Shown: one piece after another, positions 36,701-51,700 of the stretch
Layout of the letters: each line of letters begins with the position of its first letter
How positions within the stretch are numbered: the stretch's first letter is position 1
Source of the DNA: Schizochytrium sp. TIO01
Taxonomy: Eukaryota; Protista; Bigyra: Labyrinthulomycetes
Direction: 5' to 3'
Assembly (NCBI GenBank): GCA_004764695.1
Contig: SMSO01000035.1
Span: forward strand, 2,418,001 to 2,482,000
Length of the DNA: 64,000 nt
Notes under the pieces: model-generated
Databases searched by the model: none
Told to the model about the DNA's origin: nothing
Seen by the model: only the letters and a program-made list of their open reading frames with translations
Position numbers and translations under genes: made by a program

Positions 36701-39700
36701 ACTTATAGAAAACTCTGTTTGAAACTTTTGTTTTGCAACTTAGGAAATTATACAAGTGAGATATGATCATTCCTTTGTTATAGAAAACAAACAAAAGTCC
36801 GTGCTCGCGAATGCTTCTTTTCGAAGAATAATTGTAGTTTCTGCCGTTACTAGCCTTCGTGAGTCTGAGAAAAGGCACACAAAATATCGCTTGTTGCCTA
36901 GAAAACGTCAGTCGTTTCATACTATATAGCTTCTATTCCTGCCAGGTCCTGTGCTCGGATTGAAAACGAAGCAAAGCAAAGAAAGAAGAAAAAAACGCCT
37001 GAGAACTTTAAATGAAACCTTGGATTTTTGCGTAATTCCAGCTCAGGTCTTGATATTATAATCCAGTGAGAAGCTGGGATATGTGCCTGCTTACCTTGCC
37101 TCCTCTATTCGCCGCCGGCTGACTGGAACTTCGAACGAGGCGATTCGCTCCTTTGGCACCCTTCAAATTGGACATGTCCCAGGAGAACTTATTTACCAGA
37201 TGAGTCGAGAGGCTAGAATATGTCCATGAACCATAATATCAGGGATATTGTACGCAATAATAGAGAATATTATCCTATTTGTTCACGCTAGCCGCCCACA
37301 CGTGCCGTTGAACTGCTTGATGCCTTGCGTTACCAGTAAAGCTGATTGAGATTGATTCGCTCAGTCAGAGTCTATCATTTAGTTACTACGAGAAACATGC
37401 AGGGGCCACACGTGCCGGCAAAGACCCAGTGCACTTTCATAAGTTAGAAAAGAAAAACAAGCAGGTAAGAAATGGCTATGAGACGTTGAAAAACACTCCG
37501 AGAAGACATGTTCCTCCATGCTATATCCTGCGCTTGGCAGCGATAGAGAAGCCTCGTGTCATAGATAAAGCAGCCACGGAGAGTAATGTTAGATTGTATG
37601 GATACTGCACTTGAATGGCTATAATCAAAGTGCAGCACTGGTGGCAGCGCGTTTCGAGGTTCAGGAATGCATCCAGAGGAATTTAGAAGCATGCATTACG
37701 CGGAAACATCCTAGTGTGTAGAGCTGCGGTGCTACGGTCGCTGAAGTGAATGGCATATAGGAAAGCAAGTGTACAAAGCGAGATTTCCTGCGACTAATAC
37801 GTGCTGGGAGTTAAGACCTCCCATGGTTCAAGTGGGCGAAAAGGAGGCTAGTTTTCCTTTCCGCGCTTCAAATTGTCGAATTACTTGGAAACCTGGATCA
37901 CCAATGAACTTAGAAAAATGTATGGCTCCATACTGATTCGCCAATACATTCGTCAACAAGATGTGGAGTCATATTCAGGTATCTCTCGGTGGATGTGGTG
38001 TTCATTTGGGTAGGCATTTTGTGTTGATTTATTGCATTTGGTTGAATGAATTAGGAGTTGGACTTCATCAAGTTCGCCGCCACGGCGCTCACTTGAGTGG
38101 TTCTGCAAAGTCACGTGCCATAGTCGTGCATCCAGCTTGGACCAAAATGCTTGGTCTGTCTTCTTGCAGCAGCTCGCTGTACCTGTAAAAAATCGCTCAA
38201 TCGGCCCCAGCTTCACAATATAGCGGCTGGCAGTGGTGGATGCATATACAATTCGCCTCCATGATCTGGTGTCTTAGCGATTTATCTCGCTATCGCCAAG
38301 AATCTCGCGAACCACGAATCGATGTGTTTATTTATGGCTTCTCAGGAGACTTTAAATACCGCAGCTTCGACAGTTTAAAGCATACTATCAAATTCTGCTC
38401 TAACATATGTTTGGGTAAAACGGCAAGCAAGCCAGCAAGTGAGAGCTATCATTGCGAGCTTCCTACCGATCAGTCAGCGTCATCAATCTTGCACGACTAA
38501 ATCACCGCACTGCACTTTGTTTTGAGCTAATATTGTCAGTTGGATATAACGATAGGGTGCCTCAGCATATCAAAATGGATGGATTTAAGGTGGCAAGTCC
38601 CTGCGGCGCATGCACTAAGTTTCCTGATTTTGGAGACGTGAGCATAAGATACTTATACTTTATAGCACTCATGAGAGAGAAGCAACAATTTCAGATCATC
38701 AGTGAAATATACATATCGCTGTCTTTTTATAATCGATGGTTTTCAATGGATACCTTGCCTTGATAAGCAAAAGCATAGTTTATCCTACCAGCTTGAGGAT
38801 TTAATTTGAACTCCACAAGCAAAATTATTTGATTCGCATTCAATATTCTTGGCACGTGGTCCACTTGCAATGAACTAGCCTTGGCCACACAAAAACATGC
38901 ACCCATCTCAGAATAATACCAGTCCACCGAAACAGCTCTAATTTTCTTTTCTCTTTTTTTGAAATGTATTTTTTTAGTCTTAGAATGATGATTTATTTAT
39001 TTGCTTGAATTTTACTGCTTTATTTAATTATAATTAAAAAATAAAAAAAAAATAAAAAAGTAAAAAAAGTAACAGGTACTTCAGCAAACAAAACGAAGTA
39101 TTTGTAGCTGTTTATTATATAGCTTACCGTAGACAGTATTAAAGTACTACATTCAGAAGATTGACTGTGCGGAGAAAGTCGGTGGGAGAATATTTTACGA
39201 CTGGTAAGCAAAAGAATGGAAGATAACAGGAGAAGATTCATTCTCTAGCTATTTCGAAAGCAAATGTAGCAAGTTGAAGAGAGCAGCTGCGCCACCCATG
39301 AAAGGCAATTTAGAGAGAGTAACTCCTTCTTGTTTTACATACCTCGATTATACGGAGGACAAGGTGAATTATTTTAGTAGGCTCTCTTCGAACATGAAGA
39401 TGATCCTCTAGACATTCATGTTAAAAAAAGTTTCGAAGCCTTTTGCTGGACATCACTTGGTCTAGGAAAGTATGATATGGCAAAATGCCTCACTGTCAAA
39501 CTTTCGACCCTAAAGCATTGTAACTTGATGCAAGGATTTGCCAATCCCAAGATCTTTTGTATCATAGGTTGGAATTTTATTTATTTGCTAATGGAATTCT
39601 GCTGAATTTAGAAAATCTGCGCACCCTGTGGGTCTTTGAATTCAAAACAAAAGATCCAGCGGTAGGTTATACTTCTTCGTTGCAAAAATTGAAGCTTTAA

Positions 39701-42700
39701 AAAGATATGAAATGGCTTAAGATGTATATATTTTCAAATCTGATAATTCCTTGTTGTACCCAGGAATAAGGAATCAATCGTTTGGAGCTGCGAACGAATT
39801 TATACCAAAATATTTACCATCAATAACTCATCATTAAGTGAATTCCAACTTTTTTTAATTGAGATATTCGTCATCTCTTCCCCTCCGGCCCTCCGGGTGT
39901 CAAGTCTTAACTAAGATGAATACGTTCTTCCTCACAAGTCCTCTGTTTCCTGAAGAGTGCCACGCTTCGCATTTCCTGCGAGCTCAAGCTTCTCCTTTGG
40001 GCTCTCTACGTGTGGCTCACAATATGTATAGTTCTTTGGTAGAAAGTATTAGAAGAAGATTAACATTTGTAGTAATTTATTTGTTTGTTGAAAATTATAG
40101 AAAATAAGAGAAAATAAGAAAATAGATGAAAGCAGAAATCAGAAGCTAGACGAAAAGGTGTGCGGAACGAATGGCCACGACAGCCTCTCGATTGCAATTC
40201 TTAGTGAATCGGCTCAGTTTCCGAAATGTTTGATGGGGAAATAATAAGCTTTGTCCTTGCACGCACCTCTTCTTCAGCGCAGATAGTTGTCTCGTTGCTG
40301 GTGCGTGTCTCAGCACGCATGGAATAAAAAGCCTCGGTTCGGATCCGGGCCGCATGCTGGTTAACAACCACCTCAGTTCGGGCGCGATAAATGTCAATGC
40401 GTTTTGTTCCTGTAAGATTGAAGTTTTCGAGACGCGTGGCATGCGTGGCATGCGTGCATGCTGTTATAGCGTCTTCTGTGGAGGCAGTCGAAGCATGAAT
40501 TTCTAGACAAACTAACTTTACGCTGCTGCGATTACTGAGCATCAGACTAAATTCATTAAAGACTGAGCAAGAAACCGAACGCGGTGTCCAGTTCGAATGT
40601 TGATCACAGTGCTGGTCTGTTTAAGGAATAGAGAAAAGTCAATCGCCGCCACAACAGCGTCCAGTACAACTTCACGGACTATCGCCAAAGACCTTGGTAG
40701 TGTTGTCGACGTCTGGTCAAATTGTCGAGAGCGAACTGCAGCTCTTGTACGCAGGCGAATTTGAAGCGGCTCGATTTCTCTTGCCCAGGAGGCGGAAAAC
40801 AAGTGGTGGATGCACTCCGACATCCTTCTGCCAAATTGAGAACCACTGTTCCCAGTAAGACCTAAGTTCTTGTGTAAAATACGGTGTTCTGTAACCAGGA
40901 TCGATTTGCTGGATTGCTCAATATTAGTCAGGAATAGCACTGACGGCAGGGCGCACGCCAGTTTTCAATGTGCTACTTTTAGCTACCTCTAATTGTTATG
41001 TGCAGCAGATCTTCACAATTCCTCTTTTTAGCTGATAGAAAGGATCCTCAGTCTACCAATCGTGATATCGTTTTATGAGTGTTCTCTGCCACGAATATTG
41101 CTTCACAGATGGTAAATGCCAAAGCTATCGCATCACCCAGCAAGTTATATGCAAGGTGGGCGCGTGCGCAATTCTTTGAACTCCGTAGGTACTGCCCAGA
41201 TCAACTTGGTTAGTACACCCTGAGTTTCGCCTGTGATCTTGCATTATGGATGAAAAATATCGTCTAACACCCTGCCACATTGGTGCCGACTGGTTCGAGT
41301 ATTCCAGTTTGCTTGGGGTAGCCTTCAAGCCAACAATTGTATCCTTTGTCCCACTTCTTAAACTCTTTACCACGTTTGTATGCTAATATTAAGTCGGCGG
41401 TATACTAACACCATCGTGTAGCCCATAGATTGTTGTTGCCTTTCAGCTCATTGCAAAACCTAGGGGGTACGTCAAAAGCTCTAAACCACTGAATCCTGAT
41501 TGTCTGAGACTGTTTTCTAAGTTGTAGTCGGCCGAAGTAAAACTTCGAGATCAACCAAATGACTTTTAAAAAACTCCATGTTTGCGGAAGACCCATTTCA
41601 TCTTTTGGGGGGGGGGCGCGTTGCGATCAGAAACTAGAACTGGCGCAACTTGAGATCGAAATGCATCACAAATAGGTGCACACCTGCACGATGAAACGAT
41701 CCAGATAAGATTTTGTATTACCAGACCATGCAAATAAAGCTCTCTTGATATTATAGATCCTCATTCCGTTAATATTAGACTCTATATATCGATTCTATCT
41801 CTCAGTTACTCCCTTAATTTCTTTTTTATGTATAGAGCAAGTAAAATAATAAGCACAGGCCATTTTTCTTGACTTCTTTATTACAAAGAAAGCATAAACT
41901 TCGAAAAAAGAAGGTTATTTACAATCGCAAGGTAAAATTAGGTACCAGCATGCTGACTCTTTCCACATACCCGCCTCGGGAAATTGAGCGGAAAAAACAT
42001 TTATTCTTTTTTTTTGAATAATTCTCAAACTAAAGTATTTCTTTCTCATGATCGACCTATCCGTTACAAGGAATCCAAGCTTTCATTTTTTTGAGGTGCA
42101 GACTGTGAACTGTGTACAGCTTAAGTTCTTACGTAGGAAAATGAACTATTTTCTGAGCTCAAGTTCAGCAGATGAACAACTTGTCATTTGTTTGGGTTAT
42201 ATATATGCTTAGTCAATACCAGAATGTAAGCACACTTAGAAAGAATCAATGTAGCGGTGGGTTTACTGGTGCAAACTCCGCACAAAATCACCAAGTTTAG
42301 TGATATCTGCACTGCCTTTGCCGGATCAATATCACAGTCTCTAGTAGGCTTTTATGTAACTTGCGATATATGAATTATTGTCAGAACCCGGTTCTAACAG
42401 CTCAAAGGCGCCTCATAATCGTTGACTACAACATTGATAGGTCGAGAGAATTCTAGCAAATCTCCTGCACCCAAGTACGTACATATGGACTCAAGCATCC
42501 TTTGTACATAAAACACAACAATGTTAAAATTTTAAAATTGACTTGTTGTCCGTACGCTCCGAACAGTCAGCTCTATAAAATGAGACGAATCGATAATTTA
42601 TATTGTGTGAGATCTATTACAGGTGAGGTGGGCGGAAAGGCAAGCATACACTTCTTACACTCATATCGGATTGTTCATGGCCTTTGATGTTGAGTGAGTG

Positions 42701-45700
42701 TGTTCTTAATTGCCACTGCATACTATTTTGCTTATTTTTTAATGACATGACCATGACTTATGCAGGGGGTAATGAGACAGTTCGTTTGCGGATTTCTTAT
42801 ACTGTGTAGAAAAAGTGACGAAAGACTTGGTGTCAGGACGTCGACTGGTTTCAATACAAAAACTCGAAATAATAATATGGACGCGGCGAAAATTGGATAC
42901 ACGTTTTGTCTCGAGAACTTCAACTACATATTAACACTTGATTTAGTCCAGCAACTAAAGTTGTTCATACTTGTAGAAGTACAGAGAAACGCTGAAGACA
43001 GTTTAAAGATGCCTCTGTTCTTTTTCGGTTTTAAACCTTCGAAGACAATGACGGGAGAACGAGAACACCTTCCCATTCGTGCTGTGGGACATCAGAACAA
43101 TATCGAATTGTTTGTTCTCATGATGCTTTTGAAGCAAACTTTTCACTAAACGTATCCATAATTCTGCTTAGGCTTCACCACTCTCACTCTCGAAAGTTAT
43201 TTAGAATATAAGAAGTTGATGCCATCAGTTCTTTCTTTATCCATGGCCCTTATTCATTTCCGCTTAGTGATACTTAGATAAACGTAAGTCAAAATTATTC
43301 TAATTAAGAAGAAATAAAAAAGTGCAGCAGTTGAAACGTAGCTATGATCGCCAAGTGTGAAATAGGAATTGGAAGAACAAATACATCACTTTCACACAGA
43401 AGGAAACTACCACTAAGCAAGTTTTGTGGATTCCTTATATTAGTAGTGCTACAAAGAAAGGACTGTCGTAATAATGTATTGCACTCACCTTGGGAAATAT
43501 GCGATTTTGGCTGGCAAGCAGTAAAGGAAAAGACCCGGGAACACTGGTGTGGCGAGAGTAAACAAAAGATTGAAATATCATATCATATTTTTCTTCTTGT
43601 GAAGTGAAAGAATTGAACAGATTTAGTCTCACCTCCAAAGCTCGGGGTCATTCATAATAAACGATTACTTTAAAGCAACTAGAACAACGCAATAATGCCA
43701 ACATCTGATGATTTGTCTCTTTAATATTCTCTCGCGTAACGAAGCTCGAACGGTTTTGTAGAAGTAGACCAGCACCCGCATAGAGTGTACCGAGTCTAAT
43801 TCATGGCACACAAAGGAACGAGCATATTTCTTAGACATTTCTTTACTTTGTGACTATACCTAGGTCCTTCCAAGGGATCAACCTAGCTAGAACAGAAACA
43901 ACTGTCTTCTTCAAAGCTGTATGTAATCAAAGCAGGAGGTGTATTGGCAACTTCGCGTTCGAGCCAGAAACGATGCATTGTAGCATCTTCTTCAAGCCTG
44001 ATATAACAATTAAATAATTAGCTTTTTCGTCTTCCTTAATAGCAATTTATAGTTTACCATAAGACCTCCCCCTGCACGTATGCAATTCCCTTTTTCTAAA
44101 TGATATCTTTAATTGAACTAAAATAAATATTATTATGAAACTAGATATATTTAAATATTACCTGAGAGAAAACAAAAAAACGTTTGTCTTGAATTAATAT
44201 CCTTTTCAAGATCACCATTAAAAATATATATATATATCGAAAAGCGACACTTTTTTTTCTTTTCTTTTTTAAAAATATGTATCACGTGTTAATTAAAAAG
44301 CCATGAATATGTACTTTTCATGTATATATATATTAAAAGAAAAAGAAGAAAATAAATTCGTAGTGTTGTTTCATTCTGTTCGATAACACTATCAAAAAAG
44401 TATTTCTCGTTGACAACTAGTACATAATGTCTTGTGATCCTAGAACAAATCATTCTGCACTAACCAATCAATCAATAAGAAAAGAACCAATCAATCAAAC
44501 AATCAAACCATCAAAGAAACAAGCAACCGCACAGCAAACAGGCAAAGAAACATCTCTGCTTCGTGTGGAGGTGACCAACCAAAGCGAGGAGGCGCTTCCA
44601 GTGCGGCTCACATCGTCATTTGGTTGATCGCAAACTTCACTTTTACACGCAAAGATCTTCCTCTCACCAAGTTGATAAGGCTCAGCCTACTTCCTACAAG
44701 TAGCACCATATAGTCAATTGCTAAGAGTCATGCAGGCGATCCGTGTGCGAGTCAGCTAAAATATTTGTAAGCTCGATCACTTACAAAAGCCCTTCACTTC
44801 ATAGGTATCCTACATACAAACATGCCTAACATAGCAAGGTTGGAATGTCCGAGCGACTTGTCTTTGACGCAAATCATGAAACATCATTTGACGCAATCGC
44901 ACAAGACCCGGGGGTTGATAGGTGGTTACATTGCCAGCACTAAGATGAAGAGTTAGACCGTTCCCTGGCTGTTCCGAAGAGATTGTTTGAAGGGAGACAT
45001 GGTCTAGCTAAGCACTGGTTGTAATACTCAGGTATGTAGAAGGTGGTCCTCAATGCGGAAAAGCAAGAGGCGGATAAATGGATCACAGAAGAGTGCTACA
45101 AGGATTAAGTTGTAGTATTAGTTAGTTATTGGTTTTGTTATTATTCCACTTCTGTTCTAAAGAAAGCTATTACTTATATTACTTACTGATTTTTTTGATG
45201 CAATAAATGAAGATATCTGCAGATTTGCCAAATCAAATTCTAGTGCTCGAAAAGCTGGGCCGTGGCAGATGCATGGCCATGACACAAACCGAAGAAGAGG
45301 TAGAGCCAGTCGCGAAATAAAAAGTTAGCCGGGAAACAGAAGCACCCATCATCAGTAGTGCCCGTGCATGCACGAATGCTGTCCGGAATTCAGGACAACA
45401 GACGTAGCCACAGTGCTGCAGACATTATTTCGTATACACATCAACATTAGTCAAGTGGATAATTATTTTTGAAGCGTGATCACGAAGGATAAATCCAGAG
45501 TTATTTACAATTGGAAAAATATAACTAGAGTATACTTATCACCTCTGAACTGCTTCTTGATGAGGCTGCAGTTTGAGACACGCGAGTCGAAATTTTAGAT
45601 TGATAGCATGTAAAGGATCACCAAAATGTGCAGTGCCATTGAATTTGCCTTTAGAATTACATTTCTCTTTGAAACTTGCTGCTCTCAACAGCAAAGGCAG

Positions 45701-48700
45701 CCACGGCCAGCACTTGCCGATGAATACTAGCCACAGAGGGACCTTCCCGCTCGTGCCAGCGTCCCGACAACTCTACTGCAGGGGTGACTTATCATTTTAA
45801 TTTGAAGAATTAATTTCTTGCCTTCACGTGAGGCCGAGCGGTTCGTCTAGTAGACCTGCCGGAGCAAATGTTGGTGTGTCGCGGCCATTTCTAGGATGTT
45901 GGGATCTCGTACATAGGTAATATATAGATGTACCTTGGAGAAAATAACCCATCAGAGCAAGCGATAGAGCATGTACAGCTTTTGACTGTAGCAACGTCCT
46001 TCGGTTGGCTTGTCAAAGCGAACAAGCCTTGGGCTTATTGCGCCACTGCATGTGCCGTGTCGTGAGATGTACGTAAATCTTTTGTTTAAGTCTCTCTCCT
46101 TCCTAACATAAATTATTATAACCTGTTCTAAATAACCTTTTAAAAGTACCAGTAGGAATAGGACTCAGTACCTACCAAGATACCTACCACCGAAGATAAA
46201 AGTCCACTCCTTGCCTCAACTAAACAGGCCTACTTCAAATAACTCGAGGATCTAAACATCAGATATGATGTGTTTTCTACTACTGAGATTGGCTTTCTTT
46301 GATGAGTTTGGGGTTGTAAAAGAATGGAATGCTATTTCTTATTCAAGTTTACGTCGAAAGTACAACTTTCAATAGCAGGCCTCAAATGTTTACACTTTAT
46401 CTAACATTTAAAAAAATATTTCTCTTGATTGTTTTTTTGAATGGGGAAGGTTCTCTTTAAAGCTATCACTAGGGTAACCTATAAAAAGAAAATGTATTTT
46501 ATCTCAGATAAGTAAAAGCGGAACTTGAACTCCAAGAAAATAAAATATCATGTTTTGGTGGCTGCAGCTTAAGAGCTGTCCATTTGACGGCTTCTCCCTA
46601 GTTGGGCATGCGCTGAGCGACTTGGATAAATTTCAAACCTGCTGCAGTTTCTGTTACACATGCACTTGCTGCATGAATCTTGGTTCGAGTACTCTACCTG
46701 GCGGGCCAACCCGATTATTAGATCGGCAGCACCAAAATAGGTATTTTTGCACCGTTGTGAAAGAAAAAAGAAACTAACACTGCCTTTCTTTGAGGAGAAA
46801 GACCTGTCCCTCAGAGTTGATTATCTACCCTTACGAATGAATAATCAATACTAACTAAGAGGCTTGCCAGAGTCACGTACTGGATTGCTACCTGCCCCAT
46901 ACTTATTTAAGTTTGCAACGTGTAAAATAGTGAGATCATTTGCAAAAATATTTCTTGACGTCCAAATTTGGCCCGCATATCGCGAAATCTCGGGTCTTAA
47001 TGTAGAATCCATCAGCATGCATAATTCATTTATAGAATTGACACATGAATAGGAAATGCTCATAAGACGATTTAAATTCTTTCAGGAATGAAAAATCTGC
47101 TCCGTCAGAAATGTTTCTCACTCTATCTTGCATTCGTGCAAGGAATTATCTGGACCAAATTTGCTAAATATTTAATTCGTGAAAGACTGGCTAGGCTCAT
47201 TTACAATTCTTTTTCTTTTTTTTTAAATATATTTACTAGCTTCTTCTTGAATATATGGATATTGTAAAATACAGAGAACCCATGTGGCTGCAACCAAAGT
47301 CCAATTTCCTGACATGACTTATAACTGTAATGTCTCTTATTGTTTATTTAAATCAAACCACAATGAGTTTAAATAGTAGTGAAATGTCCCAAATGAGCCA
47401 GCTAACGAGTAACCCCTTTGCGCTGCATCTCTGGTTTAAACATGTTCTCATATCCACGTGATGGTTTAAGATGGAGAGATGAACTTGTATGTTAATGGTG
47501 ATAGCAGCAATGTCAACTGCAAATTATTTATACAGTTAAACATATAGTTTGCAACATGCTAATTTGTATCAAAGTTGTGTGTTAGCTTTGTAGGTTCCGG
47601 TTCTAATGTTTTCGTTCAGATGATAGTTTTGAGGGTCATACTTCGGGCTTTAAATAACTAATGTCAAATATGTTGTATTCTTTCTTTCTAAAGTTAGGAC
47701 GTGGAATAAATAAACTCCAGACTGGAAGTTTGAAGTTGTAAAGGTTATCGAAACACCCAACGCTAGTAACATGAGCTCCTTCTATCCCTTGACATTCTAT
47801 GTTTTAAGTTTTTAATTATGTGAGGAATACCCTCGAAAGAGGTCACATCGTTACTGACAGTCGAATTTTCAGGAGATTCTGCAACCTAATTTCCAGCCGA
47901 CGCCTCTCGAAACTTCGCTATTTTATTCGCCAACCAAAGAGGGCGACTTGATAAACCAGACCAGACACTTGCTGATGTGAGAAATGTTCATACGAGTGCC
48001 CGAAAACATCGAGGCCATTACGTTCAATCTTTCTGTGCCACTCAGTTCCAGGAAGCACCACTACCGTGTGTAGCTAATCATAAAGGTAGACCCGATACCT
48101 ATACTACTGCTCTATCTTAGCTAATATAATCTACTACTAGGTATAACTGAAACTATTGTTTTCCAGTAGGGGAATAGGCAAATAGGTACTTTCTTACTAC
48201 TTCTGTACTCTATTCTTAGCAGATACTCGAAGTATCTCATTCACGGCTGGTCGTAAAATGGAATTTTTGAAACGAAGAGAAAGAGAATTTGGAGACAGAA
48301 AGATCCCAAGTTCGTTAGTACTAATTGGCATTGGCATTGTGTTTTGAGATTAAATGTAGCAATGTTATGAAACTGTCGAAGCCAGCATTGCAGAGTAACC
48401 ATGCTTGCTTTAGGTTTCTGAGACTAGCGGATCCCTGAGGTGCGCAGAGAAACAATCGCTGCACATGCTCTAGGTAATTTGTGCAGCTCCACCCTGTATA
48501 GAACTACCATGATCTATCCCATCTCCATTACAACCAAGGCCGCCTGGTAGTGAATAACTTTGACAAATAAGGACAAATGCTGCGTGGGGACAAGCTGATC
48601 GAACAACTTTTGACTTCTACCTACAACCTAAGATCGACACCACCCACTTATACCTAAATCCCTTCGTTGAAATTTTTGTCAGCTTAGTTTCGAAGATAGT

Positions 48701-51700
48701 CTCTGATCTAACTAGCATAATGTACTTTAATAGTAAACTAGATGATTCCGCAATCACTTCGAAATTTGCTCATACTTTGATTACAACACAAGAGACAAGA
48801 CGTAGTAAGCTGATTCAAGAGAGAAATCAATATGTGTTTCTAAAACACAGAAAATTTATTCAAGGTTTAACACAGGTTGTCCACTGAGAGGGTATACGTA
48901 TTTACATTATGTTTCTACACGCATCAATGCGCGAGCATGCTAGTCACAAATTCTATTCTTGCATAAAATGCTCCTCCAAAAATGATTGATATCTTCATCG
49001 AGCTTTTCAAAACACACCATTGTTCGCAAGAAGACTCGCGCGACCTTCTATACTGAAACTACATAAATTATGGACATAGCAAACCGAGAGGCGTCCTATT
49101 CAAGACTGCTGTGAGATAGCTGCTTTCAAGAAAAATAACTCGTGCTGAGTAACCTTTTTGCATATTTACGTTATATATTCAAGAAGACTATTGTTAGTGG
49201 ATACCATGATCAGGGATAATCAGTCGATGAAACATCTAAATCATCAAATAAAAATCTGCTTTAACAAGCGTTAGTGTTTTTTACAGAATAATAAACCAAA
49301 GTACAATGATATAGATTAAGCATATTTATACAGAGAGTTCTCTATTTCCTCCCCAGCAAACCAGACAAAAACACATTTTTGATCGGCGTTGCCCCGAAGT
49401 TTCAGAATAGCTTTTTAAACTACTTTCTTTTTTCAATAAATATAACCTTAGAAAGTGGAAATACCATAACAGCAGCTGTCAAGAATGAGCGCGTAAATCA
49501 CGATTGTTTGTGTGCAAAAATTGCTGAGAGGAGTTTTGTTTCCAACCCCGACATGCTCGTTAACAATATAAGTTTAGATCATTCAGTTGACTTGCCAAAG
49601 TTCAAAAGTGGCATAATGGCATTCCTTATTAACTAACCTCAAGGTGCACACCGTCCTAATAAGAACACAGCTCATACTTTCAACTTTTCAAAGGGTCTAG
49701 CTAGAGATGGAGGGCTTTGCCTTTCTGCAAATACACTCACTACTAGATACCTCGGCGAGAACACCTCTGCTGTCAAGCCCAGCTCTAGAAAGCTATTATC
49801 ATCTCTTATTACTTCAACTCATCTCACACGAGGCAACTGTTTTGTGTGCACACACTCGTACAACTTAGTAACAACTAAGAATTTGATCGATCTGATGAGC
49901 ATGAGTTGCGTTGGAAATATAACATATGGCAGCTGGAACCAATAAGTACTAATTGTTCTGAGTGTATGATATTAGTCACTACCCACTTTTGCATCTGAAA
50001 ATATATTGATTTAATTTTCCTCTTTAGAGCAACTTTTTGCTCTAGTAGTGAGTTTGCTAGTCTTTATAATAGCAGTGACGCGCGCGCTGCTTAGCCTCCG
50101 ATAGTTCTTCTATCTTTCTGACTAGCCTTACATTCGAATATACTGCCTCACTGATGAAGAGCTATTTTGCCTGAGAATGGAAGACGGGATATTTCTTTGT
50201 GCACAGATTCGGAGCCGCCTCCTTGATTTATAATAAATGTTGTGTACTAGAATGTCTTTGCCCACTTTTTCGGGGAAGACAAGTATTTATTTCGGAATCC
50301 TAAAGGTTTAGGCTTTCGTAAATTTCTTTTCCTTTTCGAGAAGTGCATCATCTAAGTTGAAAGTGCATTGCGTTGTCCGACGAAAAACAACTCAATCATT
50401 CCCAAAGGTAGCATGCTCCAGCACTCTATGGAAAAATGTAGACGCCAGATCGACTTCCTTCTCCTTTGAGGAATCACAAAACTACATTCTTTACTTTGAA
50501 TGACAACATACACAGAAATATTAGCAAGCAAGGTTATGCGAATCCATTAAGAAAACAAAAAGAAGCTTGCCAGATTACTGCAGCGGCCAAAACTTCCGCC
50601 CTCGGAAGGATAGCGAGCAGTAACTTTGATTAATACTTGAAGAAAGATCCCGCCGTGATCGTTTTTCAAGTGTTCACACACTCCATCGACGTTCACATCC
50701 TATTAAAACATAGAACAACAAAAGAACACTCAAGAACGACTGGAAATTAGGAATCTCGTTTCCCACACAGTAAGTTTCGCGGCACTCGAGATAGCGCACT
50801 CAAAAACACAGATAAATTTCATTCAGTTTAGCATTAATACCAATAGTACTACTGATACTGCTATTAGCACTATTATTAAAGAATTGTAGTACACCAAGGC
50901 CTATCTAAGTACAACAATAAACAAAACAAAAAAAATCAAGTTTGGCTACCCTTGCGCTGTTCCAGTAGTGTTCCAAGTATCACATTGTTCTTGTTTCTCG
51001 CAAATATATCTCGTCGATGTTTGAGATTTATTTTGTTCCACCCCAGCCGTGAACAGATGACTTAAGAGAAGCTGTGAGAACAAGGTCACCCTAGAACCTT
51101 GCTTGCCACGCTCTCTTCAAGTTCTCGTCTCTTCGAAAAGTCGTATAAAAAACAATCGAATATTACTTCGCGTTTCTTTGGCTTGCAAGATTCAGTCGAG
51201 CCTTAGTATTTACCTATTGCTGAGCTGCTAGGCTCTCTTGTACTGTCGCCGCTACTCGCAAGCTTTAGTCGTAGTCCTCTCTCTTCTGCTCAGCGAGAAC
51301 AACCGGAGCGCATTTTTCTTCGTCGATCAGCTATTTCATACCACTTTTAGTTATGCATGCCATTCAACTCGTTTGTAAAAATCCATGCTTAGTACTCCTC
51401 AGGTAAAAACAGCTATCTGAGCAGGCGCCTTTAGACGAACGCCTTTGGGATCAACCCAGTAACACCTTCTTTTGGCCACACAGCCTCCTCCTAAGGCAGC
51501 CCCGCAATCCCCGCAGTTCGTCATTTCCCACGGTTTTCACCATTAATCTTTACATATGATATACCAAATTTAATATTGTAAAAGAAATCGTGTTTATTCT
51601 TTGAAAGCAGGACTCACTATATCGCAGTGCAAGTGCATGCGAACGCGGAGCGGAGTTAAAGCGACGAGATCAGAGCACCATCGATTAAAAGCTTGCTTAA

